The position numbers and the translations under genes were made by a program. DNA of 64,000 bases from Azolla caroliniana. Its lineage: Eukaryota > Plantae > Polypodiophyta. Under the pieces are notes generated by a model. It made no database searches, was not told the DNA's origin, and saw only the letters and a program-made list of their open reading frames with translations. Numbering within the stretch: position 1 is the first letter of the stretch; each line of letters begins with the position of its first letter. Below, piece after piece: positions 52,046-64,000 of the stretch. Location: contig JBHGNT010000022.1 of assembly GCA_043228905.1 (NCBI GenBank), positions 11,966,001-12,030,000 on the forward strand, written 5' to 3'.

Positions 52046-52074
52046 CCGGATCCAATCAGTAACCAGCAGCCTAG

Positions 52075-52270
52075 TGTTAAGTTTAGACTACTAGGCATGT
52101 ATAGTCTCGTAGTAAGTGTCAGATGCTCGTGTGAGCATTGAAGTACACGATACTTTTGTTAGTCCCATGAGGACTTGTATAAATAACGTTGGTAAGCGCA
52201 TTGTAGATATAGAGAACATTTCATATAATTTTGAATTAACGCTCTGCTTTCTCTGTCTATCTCTCCCGCG
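52075..52270 (+). mobile_element. Truncated LTR of another family fused to the next copia's 5' LTR
   Basis: Starts TGTTAAG, has cttgtataaata and a CT-rich tract, is AT-rich relative to its flanks, and ends abruptly where homology to LTR 56929-57552 begins. Confidence 0.5.
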
Positions 52271-55200
52271 TACGGAGCCGGATGACGAAGACCCGGTTTC
52301 GGAGCCGGATGATGAAGACCCCGGCTACGGAGCCGGATGACGAATGTACCCGGAGAGAGATCCGGATGCGGGGACATATTTGTGAATATGTTTGCCAAGG
52401 GCCCTCTAGGCTATATTTGTAAATAGCCCGAAAGTCATATGTGTATAAATATGACTTAGGGCAAACAGTTTTGTAGTTGTTGCTCATTTTTCTGTTTTCC
52501 ACTTAGAGGGAGCGAAGTGAGAGCAGCCGAGAGAGAGAGAGAGAGAAAGGAAGAGGTCGACGCCTCTGTGTAATACCGCCGCTTGTGGCGAGGACAGCGA
52601 GCTCAAGGTCGTCGCCTTGCAGCTCGCCATTGTACATTCCCTGTGCATAGTGATAGTTGGAGTCTGAGGACTCCCGTGGTTTTTCCCATTTAGGGTTTTC
52701 CACGTAAAACATCCTGTGTACTCTTCTCTCTATTGTCTTCGTGCGTTTTGTATTTCCTGTTTTCTGTGAGTTGATCCTATTCCTCGGTTGCGGCCGAGCA
52801 CTGTGTTTAACAAACTGGTATCAGAGCAAGGTTAACACAGAAAATGGAAGGCGGCGGTAGTGGGCCTCCGGGCATGATGGTGTTGAACTCACAGAACTAC
52901 GCCGACTGGAAGATAAAGATGGAAGACCTTCTCATCGTCCGAGACCTGTACGAACCGATCGACAATGCCGAGATACCCAAGGGGGTAATAGAGTCGGAGT
53001 GGAAGCTCCTGAACCGGAAAGCCGTAGCGACGATCCGGCAATATGTCGATGTAAGTGTTCTGCAACATGTGGCGAACGATACGAACGCCTATGAGATGTG
53101 GCAGAAGCTGTCCGGACTGTATGAGAGGAAGAATGCTCTGACCCGGACCTCCCTGATGAGGAAGATAGTGAATCTTAAGTACCGGGACGGCGAGAGCATG
53201 GTCGAACACGTCAGCACGTTCATGGGATTCGTGAACCAGCTTGCGGCGATCAAGTTCCCGTTGGATGACGCAATGCAAGCCATCATGCTGATGTGTACCC
53301 TTCCGGAGAGCTGGGAGAACTTGGTAGTTACTCTCAGCACCTCCTGTAAGGAAGAGAACTTGTCTTTACTAACGGTAAAGACAAGTATTCTAAATGAAGA
53401 AGCGCGTCGGAGAGATAAAGAACCGGCCTCCGACTCGAAGGCGCTGCTTACCGAATCGGAACGTGGAAAGACAACGGAACCGGAGTCCGCAAAGACGGGA
53501 GAAGTCGGGGACACGGTCGCAGTCGAGGGGAAGACCTACATGCTTCTACTGTGGGAAGCCGGGGCACTTCCAGAAGAACTGTCGGCATTTCCGGAAAGAC
53601 AACGGAACCGACGGTACCGATTCGAAGAAGTCACCGGAGCGAAACGGTGCATACCTGGGAGCCACGGACCGGAGAGGTCCGGATCGGCGAGGGCAGGACC
53701 GAAAAGGAACGACGGCACTCGCGGCAAGTGAAGAAGAGATAATGCTCATTACCGAAGAGAGGGAGCTGAACCTTGCCGGTGAAGAGATGACCTGGGTGGT
53801 CGATTCCGGAGCGTCGTTCCACCTGACCCCGGAGAAGAAATACTTCTCATCCTACACAGCCGGTGAGCACGGCTGTGTCCGGATGGGAAATGAAGGTACA
53901 TGCCGGATTGCCGGCATAGGAGACGTGTGGCTGATGACATCAACCGGATGCAAGATGCTGCTGAAGGATGTTCGACACGTTCCGGAGGTTCGATTGAACC
54001 TGATTTCGGCCGGGAGGCTAGACGATGAAGGCTACACGGGTAGCATCCGGAACGGTGTCATGAAGTTCAGCAAAGGGAGCCTGATAGTGGCTCGGGCCCG
54101 GAAGGTCAACACACTGTACCTGATGAATTCCCGGCTATGTCCGGAGGAGCTGAACGTGGCAGCCGACACTGCCGGTGAGCTGTGGCACAAGAGACTGTGC
54201 CACATGAGTGAGAAGGGGATGAAGAGGCTTGCAGAAGACAACCTTATTCCAGTGAAGCATGTGCACCTGGAGAAGTGCACCGATTGCCTGGCCGGTAAGC
54301 AGAACCGAACCTCTTTCCACTCAAGGCCACCGACGAGACGTAGCGCACCATTGGAGCTGGTGCACACTGACGTGTGTCAAGTAGAAACGAAGTCACATGG
54401 CGGAGCCCAGTACTTCGTGACATTCATTGATGACCACAGCCGGAAGCTGTGGACGGCACCGTTGAAGAAAAAGGACCAAGTGTTGTGCGTTTTCAAAGAA
54501 CTCCACGTGAGAGTGGAAAGGGAATCCGGCAAGAAGCTGAAAGCGATACGAGCGGATAACGGAGGGGAATACCGGGGGCAGTTCGAGGAGTACTGTCGCT
54601 CGAAGGGAATCCGGCTCGAGTTTACTGTGCCGAAGACGCCGGAACTGAACGGGCTGGCCGAGAGGATGAACCGGACCATAATGGAGAGGGTCCGGAGTAT
54701 GCTGGCGCATGCGAAATTACCCAAGGGGTTTTGGGCTGAGGCAATGTCGACGGCGACATACGTGATAAACAGATCACCCTCAGTACCTTTGGACGGAGAC
54801 ACGCCGCAAAGAGTGTGGACCGGTAGGGAAGTATCCTACCGGCATCTGAAGGTGTTCGGGTGTCTCGCATATGTGCATGTGGCAAAGGACCGGAGAGGAA
54901 AGCTAGATCCAAAGACCCGGCCATGCATATTCCTCGGTTACGGCGATGACGAGTTCGGCTACCGAGTATGGGACCCGGTCGACAAAAAGATATTCCGGAG
55001 TCGTGATATCATCTTCATGGAGGACAAGACACTCGCCGACTGGGAGTCGGAGAAGAAGATGAAGAGCTCCAAGTCGACCGGTGAGGATCAACTCTACGAG
55101 GAGCAGTCCCGACCGGCAAGGGACCGGTTAGCACTCGAGGATCCGGCCGAAGACGGTGAAGAAACAGAACCGGCCGAGGAAGAAGAAACTGATACCGGAA

Positions 55201-57552
55201 CCGGCCCCGATCCCGAAATGGATTCGGATGAAGAGGAAACGGAGGAGCCGGTTACCGAAGCTCCGGAACGGAGATATCCTCTAAGAGAGAGAAGGGCCCC
55301 CCGGAGATTTCCGGAACCAGAGCATGTGCTGCTAACCGACGAGGGGGAGCCGGAGAGTTTTGAAGAAGCAAAGCTTGACACCCATAGCCGCAGGTGGTTA
55401 AGTGCCATGCAGGAGGAGATGGATTCCCTGCATGAGAACCACACATATGAACTTGTGGAGTTGCCGAAAGGAAAGCGGGCACTTCGAAACAAGTGGGTAT
55501 TCAAGCTGAAACCGGGAGATGCCGGAAACCCCCCGAGATACAAAGCCAGGATCGTGGTGAAGGGGTTCCAGCAGAAGAAGGGCGTCGACTTCGACGAGAT
55601 ATTTGCCCCGGTAGTGAAGATGACCTCCATCCGGACGGTGCTGAGCATAGCGGCAAGCATGGACCTCGAGGTAGAACAGATGGACGTGAAGACGACATTC
55701 CTTCACGGTGACCTCGAAGAAGAGATCTACATGCAGCAACCGGAAGGATTCGAGAAGAAAGGGAAGGAGCACCTGGTATGCCGGTTGAAGAAGAGCCTTT
55801 ACGGACTGAAGCAGGCTCCCCGGCAATGGTACCGGAAGTTCGACTCTTTCATGACCGACGAAGGGTACCACAAAACGCAGTCCGATCACTGCGTGTTTGT
55901 GAAGAAGTTCGAAGGAGGAGACTTTCTAATACTCCTCCTGTACGTGGACGACATGTTGATCGTCGGACGGGACCAGGCCAAGATACGGATGCTGAAGAAA
56001 GCGCTTCACCGAACCTTCTCAATGAAGGACCTGGGTCCGGCGAGGCAAATACTAGGGATGCACATCATCCGGGACCGGAAGAAGAAGCAGTTGTGGCTGT
56101 CACAGGAGAAGTACGTGACAAAGGTCCTTCACCGGTTCAACATGTCGGAAGCAAGACCGGTCGGGTCAACCCTCCCTGCAAACTGCAGGTTGTCCAGCAA
56201 GCAAAGCCCCAAGACAAAGGCTGAGAAGGAGGACATGATGAAAGTACCATACGCCTCTGCCGTCGGAAGCTTGATGTACGCAATGGTGTGTACACGACCG
56301 GACATAGGATATGCAGTCGGAGTGGTGAGCCGGTACATGAGCAATCCCGGCAAAGAGCACTGGAACGCGGCCAAGTGGATACTCCGATACCTGAAGGGCA
56401 CGGCAAACGTGTGCCTCCGATTCGGCTCCGGTAAGCCCGAACTCGACGGCTTTACCGATTCGGATATGTCGGCTGATGCAGATACCAGCCGGTCCACATG
56501 AGGGTATGTGATGACGTATGCAGGGGGAGCTGTTTCGTGGCAGTCGAGGCTGCAGAAGACGGTTGCGTTGTCGACCACGGAGGCGGAGTACATGGCGGCT
56601 GTTGAAGCCGGCAAGGAAATAATATGGATGAAGGACTTCATTAGAGAGCTCGGTATCCGGCAGGAGGAATACCGACTCTACTGCGACAGTCAGAGTGCCA
56701 TCCACCTTGCGAAGAACGCGGCCTATCACTCACGGACGAAGCACATCCAGCGAAGATATCACTGGATCCGGGAAAGGATAGAAGACCAGGAGTTCGTGCT
56801 GACGAAGATCCACACGGACGAGAACGGGTCAGATATGCTGACCAAAGTGCTCACACCCGACAAGCTGGAAGCGTGCCGAAAGAGGGTCGGACTGGAAAGA
56901 CATCCCATGCCGAAGTGAAGGGGGAGTTTGTTGGGATTACGGTTCCTCCGGATGGGATGGTCAGATGTCCGGGAATCGGGAATGAAGACCCGTATGATGA
57001 AGACCCCGGCTACGGAGCCGGATGACGAAGACCCGGTTTCGGAGCCGGATGATGAAGACCCCGGCTACGGAGCCGGATGACGAATGTACCCGGAGAGAGA
57101 TCCGGATGCGGGGACATATTTGTGAATATGTTTGCCAAGGGCCCTCTAGGCTATATTTGTAAATAGCCCGAAAGTCATATGTGTATAAATATGACTTAGG
57201 GCAAACAATTTTGTAGTTGTTGCTCATTTTTCTATTTTCCACTTAGAGGGAGCGAAGTGAGAGCAGCCGAGAGAGAGAGAGAGAGAAAGGAAGAGGTCGA
57301 CGCCTCTGTGTAATACCGCCGCCTGTGGCGAGGACAGCGAGCTCAAGGTCGTCGCCTTGCAGCTCGCCATTGTACATTCCCTGTGCATAGTGATAGTTGG
57401 AGTCTGAGGACTCCCGTGGTTTTTCCCATTTAGGGTTTTCCACGTAAAACATCCTGTGTACTCTTCTCTCTATTGTCTTCGTGCATTTTGTATTTCCTGT
57501 TTTCTGTGAGTTGATCCTATTCCTCGGTTGCGGCCGAGCACTGTGTTTAACA
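52271..57552 (+). mobile_element. Near-intact Ty1/copia (Tnt1/Tork-like); 5' LTR 52271-52812 (truncated ~80 bp), 3' LTR 56929-57552
   Basis: PBS tggtatcagagc at 52816, PPT gaagggggag. gag-PR-INT-RT-RH runs 52844-56918 with one frameshift (~53467) and one stop (56499-56501). Four LTR differences seen. Confidence 0.95.
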
Positions 57553-59299
57553 GAAGGATCCTCCACACCCGCTTCGGAGATCTCAGCGGCTTAGTCAGGG
57601 TGGCGACGATTGGCGTGGCAAGCCAAGCCGGTGGGGGCGAGGGGACAAGGGCAAGCAGAAGCCTCCGGACCGGTTGCAATAGCGCAAGACGAAAGGAGGG
57701 CCAAGCAGGCCACTGCAGGCGTTCCTCGGACGCAGAGGACACCAATAAACGGAGAAAGAAGAGCGGTGGTGCCGGGACCTTACACACACCGATTCTAGAG
57801 ACTCCGGCACCAGGCCCGAGAGCCAGTGTGAGACCGGGATGATGCGGCGATGGACTTGAGGAGCGCCCGCGGAGGACACCGGACTTACGGCGGAGAGTGG
57901 AGAGCGGAGCATGCATTTGGCCGAACGAAGGGCCGACAACAAAGCATGTGTATTACGGGATCGCGGCTAACGACCTATCGACGGGTCGAACGAGCCTATG
58001 AGGAGGCAAGCGTGAGGAAGAACCGGAGCCGACCGTTCAAACCCGGCAGCGATCGACGTGGCAAACCGGGATGCGGATGCGAAAGACCGGTTTCTAACCG
58101 GCCGGAATCCTTCTCCCTTCTCCGGAATTAGCACGTACCGGTGGATGTGCAGTTTGGTGGGGGCGGATGTCATGAAGTTTCTGGCACATAGTGAGAAACC
58201 AAGAGATATTGGAGGGATCGGCGAGGTGCAACATGTGCACTCATCCTTGTAAAAACGTGTGAATACTAGGATTCAAGTCGGGACAGAGAATCCCTTGTAA
58301 GTTGGGATTTATCCCACACTGTAACGCATCCCTCTCCTTGTTCTATAAAAGGAAGGGATGGTCCCTTGTAGAGAGGTTGCCCATTTTGAGTTAGGAGGGT
58401 ATACCACTTAGGTCTAGGGTTTGGTAGAGTTCTTCCTCTTCATCTTATTCTTGTCCCCTTAGGGTTTGTACTTGGGTCTTCACCCTATTTCGTTTAGGGT
58501 TTCATCTTGTCTTCTTCTTCTTCTTTTGCCCCCTTCGTGTCAGTTGAGGGTTTTAGCCTGGTGAAGAGCTTATGTGGGGGTTTACTCTACTCGGCCTCCT
58601 GTGCAAGACCCCTCTCAGTGCGACGATCTCGAGAGCTCCCCGACGACGGCTTGGCGGCAAACTGTTGTTGTGACCTAGCCTACCTCAGTTCGGTTCGGAG
58701 CCGGAGTTGTAACTCACTCTTGTAATCATATATATAAAGGGTTGTGCATATTTGTGTCCCTATTGGTGCCGGGTGCATTTCTTTCTTTGTTTCCTGGTAA
58801 ATAAGAGTCGGTGTTGCGTGCACGCTCTCCCTCTCCTTTGTCTCTCTCTCTCCCTCTCTTTTTCGGTTGCAACCGGGTCGTGTCCGGTGTCGGTTGTCTT
58901 GGCCTCCCTCTTTTCCCTCGTCCGAGACCCCTATGGACCTGCCCCTTCTACACACACGCGCGTAATAACGCGACACCGTCCTTCGTGTGTAGGGAGGCGT
59001 CCTCCTCCGCCTCCTCCGATCCTCTCGGACCCGACTCCTTAATAAAACCCTCTTCGGCTTCGATCTTTGACTTCACGAGCTCGTACGCCTCCCATATCAA
59101 TGCTTCTAGGCCGAACTCCTCCGAACCATTATACGTTGAGCTCTCTTCCGGCGATAGTGCATAGTCACTCACCACCCTCTCTTCTTCGCCACTCGTGGGC
59201 CGTGTTATGGCCGACTGCTTCTCATCGTGTTTCCGGCATACCCATTCCACTTCAGACCAATCATCGGTGAGGCCGTGTGTGTTAATGTATCCGGTCACT

Positions 59300-59535
59300 A
59301 TTTTGTCTTTTATTTTTTAATAATATTTATTATTATTATTAGATAGTAATATAAAACAAAACGAAAGTTTTGTTTCTTTAGTAATTATTAACCTTACTTT
59401 ATTTCTTTAAAAGGGTAAATGTAAGTTACGTTTTTTAGTGAGTAAAGAAAATAATAATAATAATAATAAAGAGGAAAACAAAACAAAACGACCGTTTTTG
59501 TTTTGAGATAGACAAAGAGAAGAGAGAGTGGAAAG

Positions 59536-59588
<53 letters not shown>

Positions 59589-62500
59589 GAAGAGGTGAGA
59601 ACAAAGGATGAGGGTGAAGCATTGTGAAGCATTATGAAGCATAGAGAAGCATAATGAAGTTTGGTGCTCAACTCATCTACTTCTAATCTCCTTTCCATCT
59701 CCACTACTCAACGTGAGATCTACACGGCTACTACTTTGACTTGTGGACGTTCTTGTGGGTTTTCTTCTCTCTTCTTTTCTCTTATATGCTTGAGAGATAA
59801 ACTTATCCCTTTGGATTATTGTACCATCTTTGTCGGTAGTACTATGCTACATATCTCTACTTATTTCTAGTATATTTAGAAGTAGAATTCGTACTTGTGT
59901 TGTATCTCTTTGGTGATAGTGGATTGGTTTTGGACTTTTGTCCCGTGGTTGTTTCCCTCATTGAGGGTTTTTCCATGTTAAATCTTGTGTAATCTTTGTT
60001 GTGTTATTGTATGTGTTTCTTGTGTTTCTTTTTCATTATAATCGAGCATAAAACGTGACGCGTGTTACACTCTTACGTGTCTATACCTCATCAAGTGGTA
60101 TCAGAGTGGAGGTTGTGTTTTTTTTTGCTCGATTATAAATGGAGGCAAACACATCAATAATGGTTGTCTTAAATGGCATGAACTAACAAAAATGGAAAGG
60201 AAAAATGAAAGATTTGCTTTTCGTTAAAAATATGCATTTACCTATATTTGCAAAGATTAAACCCGAAAAGAAAAATGTTGAGGAATGGGATTTTGAAAAT
60301 GAACAAGTATGTGGTTTCATTCGTCAATGGGTAGGAGATAATGTCTTGAATCATGTTGTGAATGAAACAAATGCAAAGACTTTGTGGAATAAATTAGAAA
60401 CCTTATATGCTTCTAGAACCGGTAACAATAAGTTGTTTTTACTCAAACAAGCGATGCATTTGACTTATAAAGAAAATAAGTCGGTTTTGGAGCATTTAAA
60501 TGAATTTCAAGGATGTTTTGATCAATTATCTAGCATGGTATAAACTTTGAAGAAGAAGTTCTTTCTTTATGGTTGCTAAATACTCTTCTCGAGTCATGGG
60601 AAACATTTAGGGTTACTCTAGCTAGTGTGGCTCGTAAGGGAGGTATGACAATGGAACTTGTGAAGAGTGGAATTCTAAATGAAGAAATGTGGCAAAGGAC
60701 GCAAGGAGCAACATCAAACATGGAAGCCTTCGTTGCTGAAAATAGAGGAAGAAGCCAAAAGAGGAGTGATGACCGAAACAACAAAGGTAGAAGTAGAAGT
60801 AAGTCAAAGTCTAAATATAAAGATTTAGTTTGTCATTTTTGTGGTAAGACAGGTCACATAAAGAAATATTGTTTCAAGTGGAAGAAGGAAAATAAAGTGT
60901 CGAACTACATGACAGATAAGAAAAATGTGAATGACAATATCGATTATGTTAATGTTACTTCCTCTAATGATTTACTTGTTGTATGTACAAGTTACAATGA
61001 AGTTAACATAAGTAGCCATGAAACCACTTGGGTTCTTGATAGTGGTGCCTCCCACCATATTACGTCTAAGGATTTTTTCTCATCTTACACTACAGGTGAC
61101 TATGGTGTTGTGAAGATGGGGAATGATGGATTTGCAAAGGTAGTCGGCACAAGAACCATTTGCTCTCAAACCAACACGGGATTCAAGTTGATTCTACATC
61201 AAGTATGACAGGTGCTCGATAGGTACATTAGACGACGAGGGCTATAACCATGCGTCTCAAAATGGTAAGTGAAAAATCTGTAAGGGTTCTTTGATTGTTG
61301 CGAAAGCAAATAAATGTTGTCACAATGGTTTATATCTTTTGCAAGCTTTTGTCTCTACTAACTTTGTCAATGCAGTTGAAAATCAAGATGTTTCAAAATT
61401 GTGGCATAAGAGATTGTCCCATATTAGTGAAAAGGGACTTGACTTTCTAGCAAAAAAGAGCGTCCTACCAAGTTTAAAAGATGTGAAGTTAGATACATGT
61501 GATCATTGTTTGGCAGGGAAGGCTAAGAGGGTTTCCTTTAAGCATTCTTCTCCTCGACAAAAAGGTATACTCAAGCTAGTGCATTCTGATGTGTGTGGAC
61601 CCTTGAAGGTAAGGTCAATGGGTGGAGCACTTTATTTTGTTACTTTCATTGATGATCATTCTAGGAAGCTTTGGGTTCGAATGTTGAAATCAAAAGATCA
61701 AGTTTTTGATGCTTTTAAAGAGTTTCACGTTTCTGTTGAGAGAGAGACAAGGAAGAAACTGAAATGTATTCGCAACGATAATGGTGGCGAATACTGTGGA
61801 TCTTTCGCGTATTGTCGAGAGCAAGGTATCAAACATCAAAGAACCCCTCCTAAGACTCCCCAATTAAATGGTTTGGCCGAAAGAATGAATAGAACCCTAG
61901 TTGAAAGAGTTAGGTGCTTACTCTCAGATGCAAGGTTACCTAAATCATTTTGGGGTGAGGCTTTGAATATTGTTGCACATATCATTAATCTATCTCCTAC
62001 TACCACATTGCAAGGTGATGTACCAAATAGAGTGTGGTATGGTAAAGATGTCTCTTATGATTACTTACGTGTGTTTGGGTGTAAGTGTTTTGTACATATA
62101 CCCAAGGATGAAAGATCGAAGTTAGATGCTAAATCTAAACAATGCATTTTTATTGGATATGGTCAAGATGATTTTGGTTATAGGTGTTACGATCATGTGG
62201 GAAAGAAGCTTATTAGGAGTCGTGATGTAGTCTTCATCGAAGACCAAACCATTGAGGACATTGACAAGGCGGAAAGGTTGAGTACCTCTTCAGATGGTGA
62301 CCTATAGATATTGATCCAATTCCTATGATGGATGATGATACACAAGAGAGTGCCTCACAACAAGAGGAGCAACACGAGGATGTTGGTGAGCCGTTGATTG
62401 TAGATGATGCTAGTAATGATGTTGTTTTGCCAGAGACAGGTCTTGAGTGGGGGGAGCAACTTCCATTACAAGAGGTGGCAAATCAACCTTTAAGGAGATC

Positions 62501-64000
62501 TACTAGAGAACGACGATCATCCACGAGGTATCCTAGTTCTGAATATGTTCTACTCACTAATGAAGGTGAATCGGAAAGTTTTCATGATGTGCAAACTCTT
62601 AAAGACAAAGATAGTTGGGTAGAGGCCATGCATGAAGAAATTAATTCTTTGAAAAAGAACAACACATTTGAGCTAGTTGAACTTCCTAAGGGTAAGAGAG
62701 CTTTGAAAAATAAATGGGTGTTTAAGTTAAAAAGGGGTGATGATAACTTTATAAAATATAAAGCTCGTTTGGTGGTAAAAGGATATGGTCAAAAGAAAGG
62801 AATTGATTTTGACGAAATTTTCTCACCAGTTGTGAAATTAAGCTCAATACGAGTTGTGTTAGGTTTGGTAGCTAGTTTAAACCTTGAACTTGAACAACTA
62901 GATGTGAAAACTACTTTTTTACATGGTGACCTAAATGAGGAAATATACATGGAACAACCGGAAGGTTTTAAAGAGAAAGGGAAATAACATTTGGTATGTA
63001 GGTTGAAAAAGAGTCTCTATGGCCTAAAACAAGCACCGCGCCAATGGTATAAAAAGTTTGATTCTTTTATGGTGAATCAAGGTTATAAAAGAACTAATGC
63101 AGACCATTGTGTGTATGTTAAACAATTTGAGGATGGTAATTTTATTATACTTCTTTTGTATGTTGATGACATGCTAATTGTTGGGTAAGACCTAAATATG
63201 ATTAATAGGTTAAAAGTTGAGTTATCTAAGACTTTTGACATGAAAGATTTAGGGCCTTCTAAGCACATTTTAGGTATGCAAATAACTCGTGATAGAGAAT
63301 CAAAGAAATTGTGGCTTTCACAAGAAACGTACATAGAAAGAATCCTCGAAAGGTTCAACATGCAACATTCGAAACCAGTAAGTACTCCTCTTGCCACTCA
63401 CTTTAAATTGAGTAGGAAATGTTGTCCAGTTACCGAGGAGGAAAGAGATGAGATGTCATCGATTCCCTATGCCTCGGCGGTTGGATCTTTAATGTATGCT
63501 ATGGTTAGCACACGACCAGATATTGCACACGCAGTTGGTATAGTGAGTAGGTATCTCTCTAACCCTGGTAAATCTCATTGGAATGCTGTAAAATGGATTC
63601 TATGGTATTTGAGAGGTACATCGAAGTTGTGCATTTGTTTTGGAGGTTCTAAACCAATTCTTGAAGGCTTTATAGATGCGGACATGGTTGGAGATCTTGA
63701 TGGTAGGAAATCTACATCCGGTTTCTTATTTACTTTTGCAGGGGGAGCTATATCATGGCAATCCAAATTGCAAAAGTGTGTTGCCTTGTCCACTACAGAA
63801 GCCGAATACATTGCGACAACTGAGGCTGGCAAAGAAATGCTTTGGATGAAAAGGTTTCTTTTAGAATTGGGTTTGAGCCAATTAACTTATGTGTTTTTTG
63901 TGACAGTCAAAGTGCAATGGACCTAAGCAAGAACTCAATGTATCACTCACGGACAAAACACATCAATGTAAGGTATCATTGGTTACGATTGGCGATCGAG
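59300..64000 (+). mobile_element. Degenerate Ty1/copia (Tnt1/Tork-like) running off the window end
   Basis: LTR end ~60093, PBS tggtatcagag at 60096, gag ATG at 60139. Motifs CHFCGKTGHIKKYC, WVLDSGAS, HSDVCGP, LYVDDML, STTEAEY, with stops and frameshifts. 5' boundary uncertain. Confidence 0.9.
59538..59586. repeat. (TA)n microsatellite
   Basis: Pure AT dinucleotide run. Confidence 0.9.

Larger units (their letters stand above)
49713..58975 (+). mobile_element. Gypsy-like LTR element with gag-like ORF only; LTRs 49713-50534 and 58168-58975; tRNA-Trp-type PBS
   Basis: TGTC..GACA LTRs, PBS tggtgaaccggacgtga at 50539-50555, PPT tttggtgggggcgga before 58168, flanks cagt/ccgt. No pol seen. Confidence 0.85.
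48810..59297 (-). mobile_element. Older minus-strand gag-like remnant (48810-49712 plus 58976-59297) split by the insertion at 49713-58975
   Basis: GLTDDWSEVEWVC..EAYELV (58948-59298 -) and EAKRAYNG..ATLSS (48906-49703 -) parallel GLTEDWLKVGRVC..EAYTVL..EAEDRYNG..NALST in ORF 50552. Confidence 0.7.

Noticed and set aside
52271-52345. Short direct repeats resembling a CRISPR array (also 56985-57085 and 3666-3756)
   Set aside because: Adjacent tandem repeats in TE sequence with no unique spacers, no cas genes, and a eukaryotic context.
53536-58252. Numerous 60-190 aa ORFs on alternative frames and strands of the GC-rich retroelements
   Set aside because: Expected by chance in GC-rich sequence overlapping pol and LTRs; no independent signals.

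Overview
Plant nuclear DNA: AT-rich, GT-AG introns, and many retrotransposons. An intronless microbial-type terpene synthase (MTPSL) points to a non-seed plant such as a fern, lycophyte or bryophyte (inference). There are four host coding loci. Two MTPSL copies with identical 484-aa translations sit in a very recent ~4.45-kb tandem duplication, with a decayed third fragment downstream. A 7-exon plastid cyclophilin (CYP20-3-like) has a ~9.9-kb intron holding two Ty1/copia elements. A 2-exon PR-10/Bet v 1 gene converges on it. The rest is TE-derived: LINE remnants, a long-TIR foldback element, solo LTRs, a tRNA-Leu pseudogene, and a nest of copia and tRNA-Trp-primed gag-only LTR elements from ~39.9 kb to the end. 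The most notable observations are (i) the expanding MTPSL locus next to CYP20-3 and PR-10, a candidate defence/terpenoid neighbourhood; (ii) a very young copia with an intact gag-PR-INT frame but RT/RNase H deleted in frame; (iii) an LTR family with a tRNA-Trp PBS whose three insertions all sit at NCGT-like 4-bp targets; and (iv) a CCGG-saturated copia. All calls were made by eye, with no database searches.
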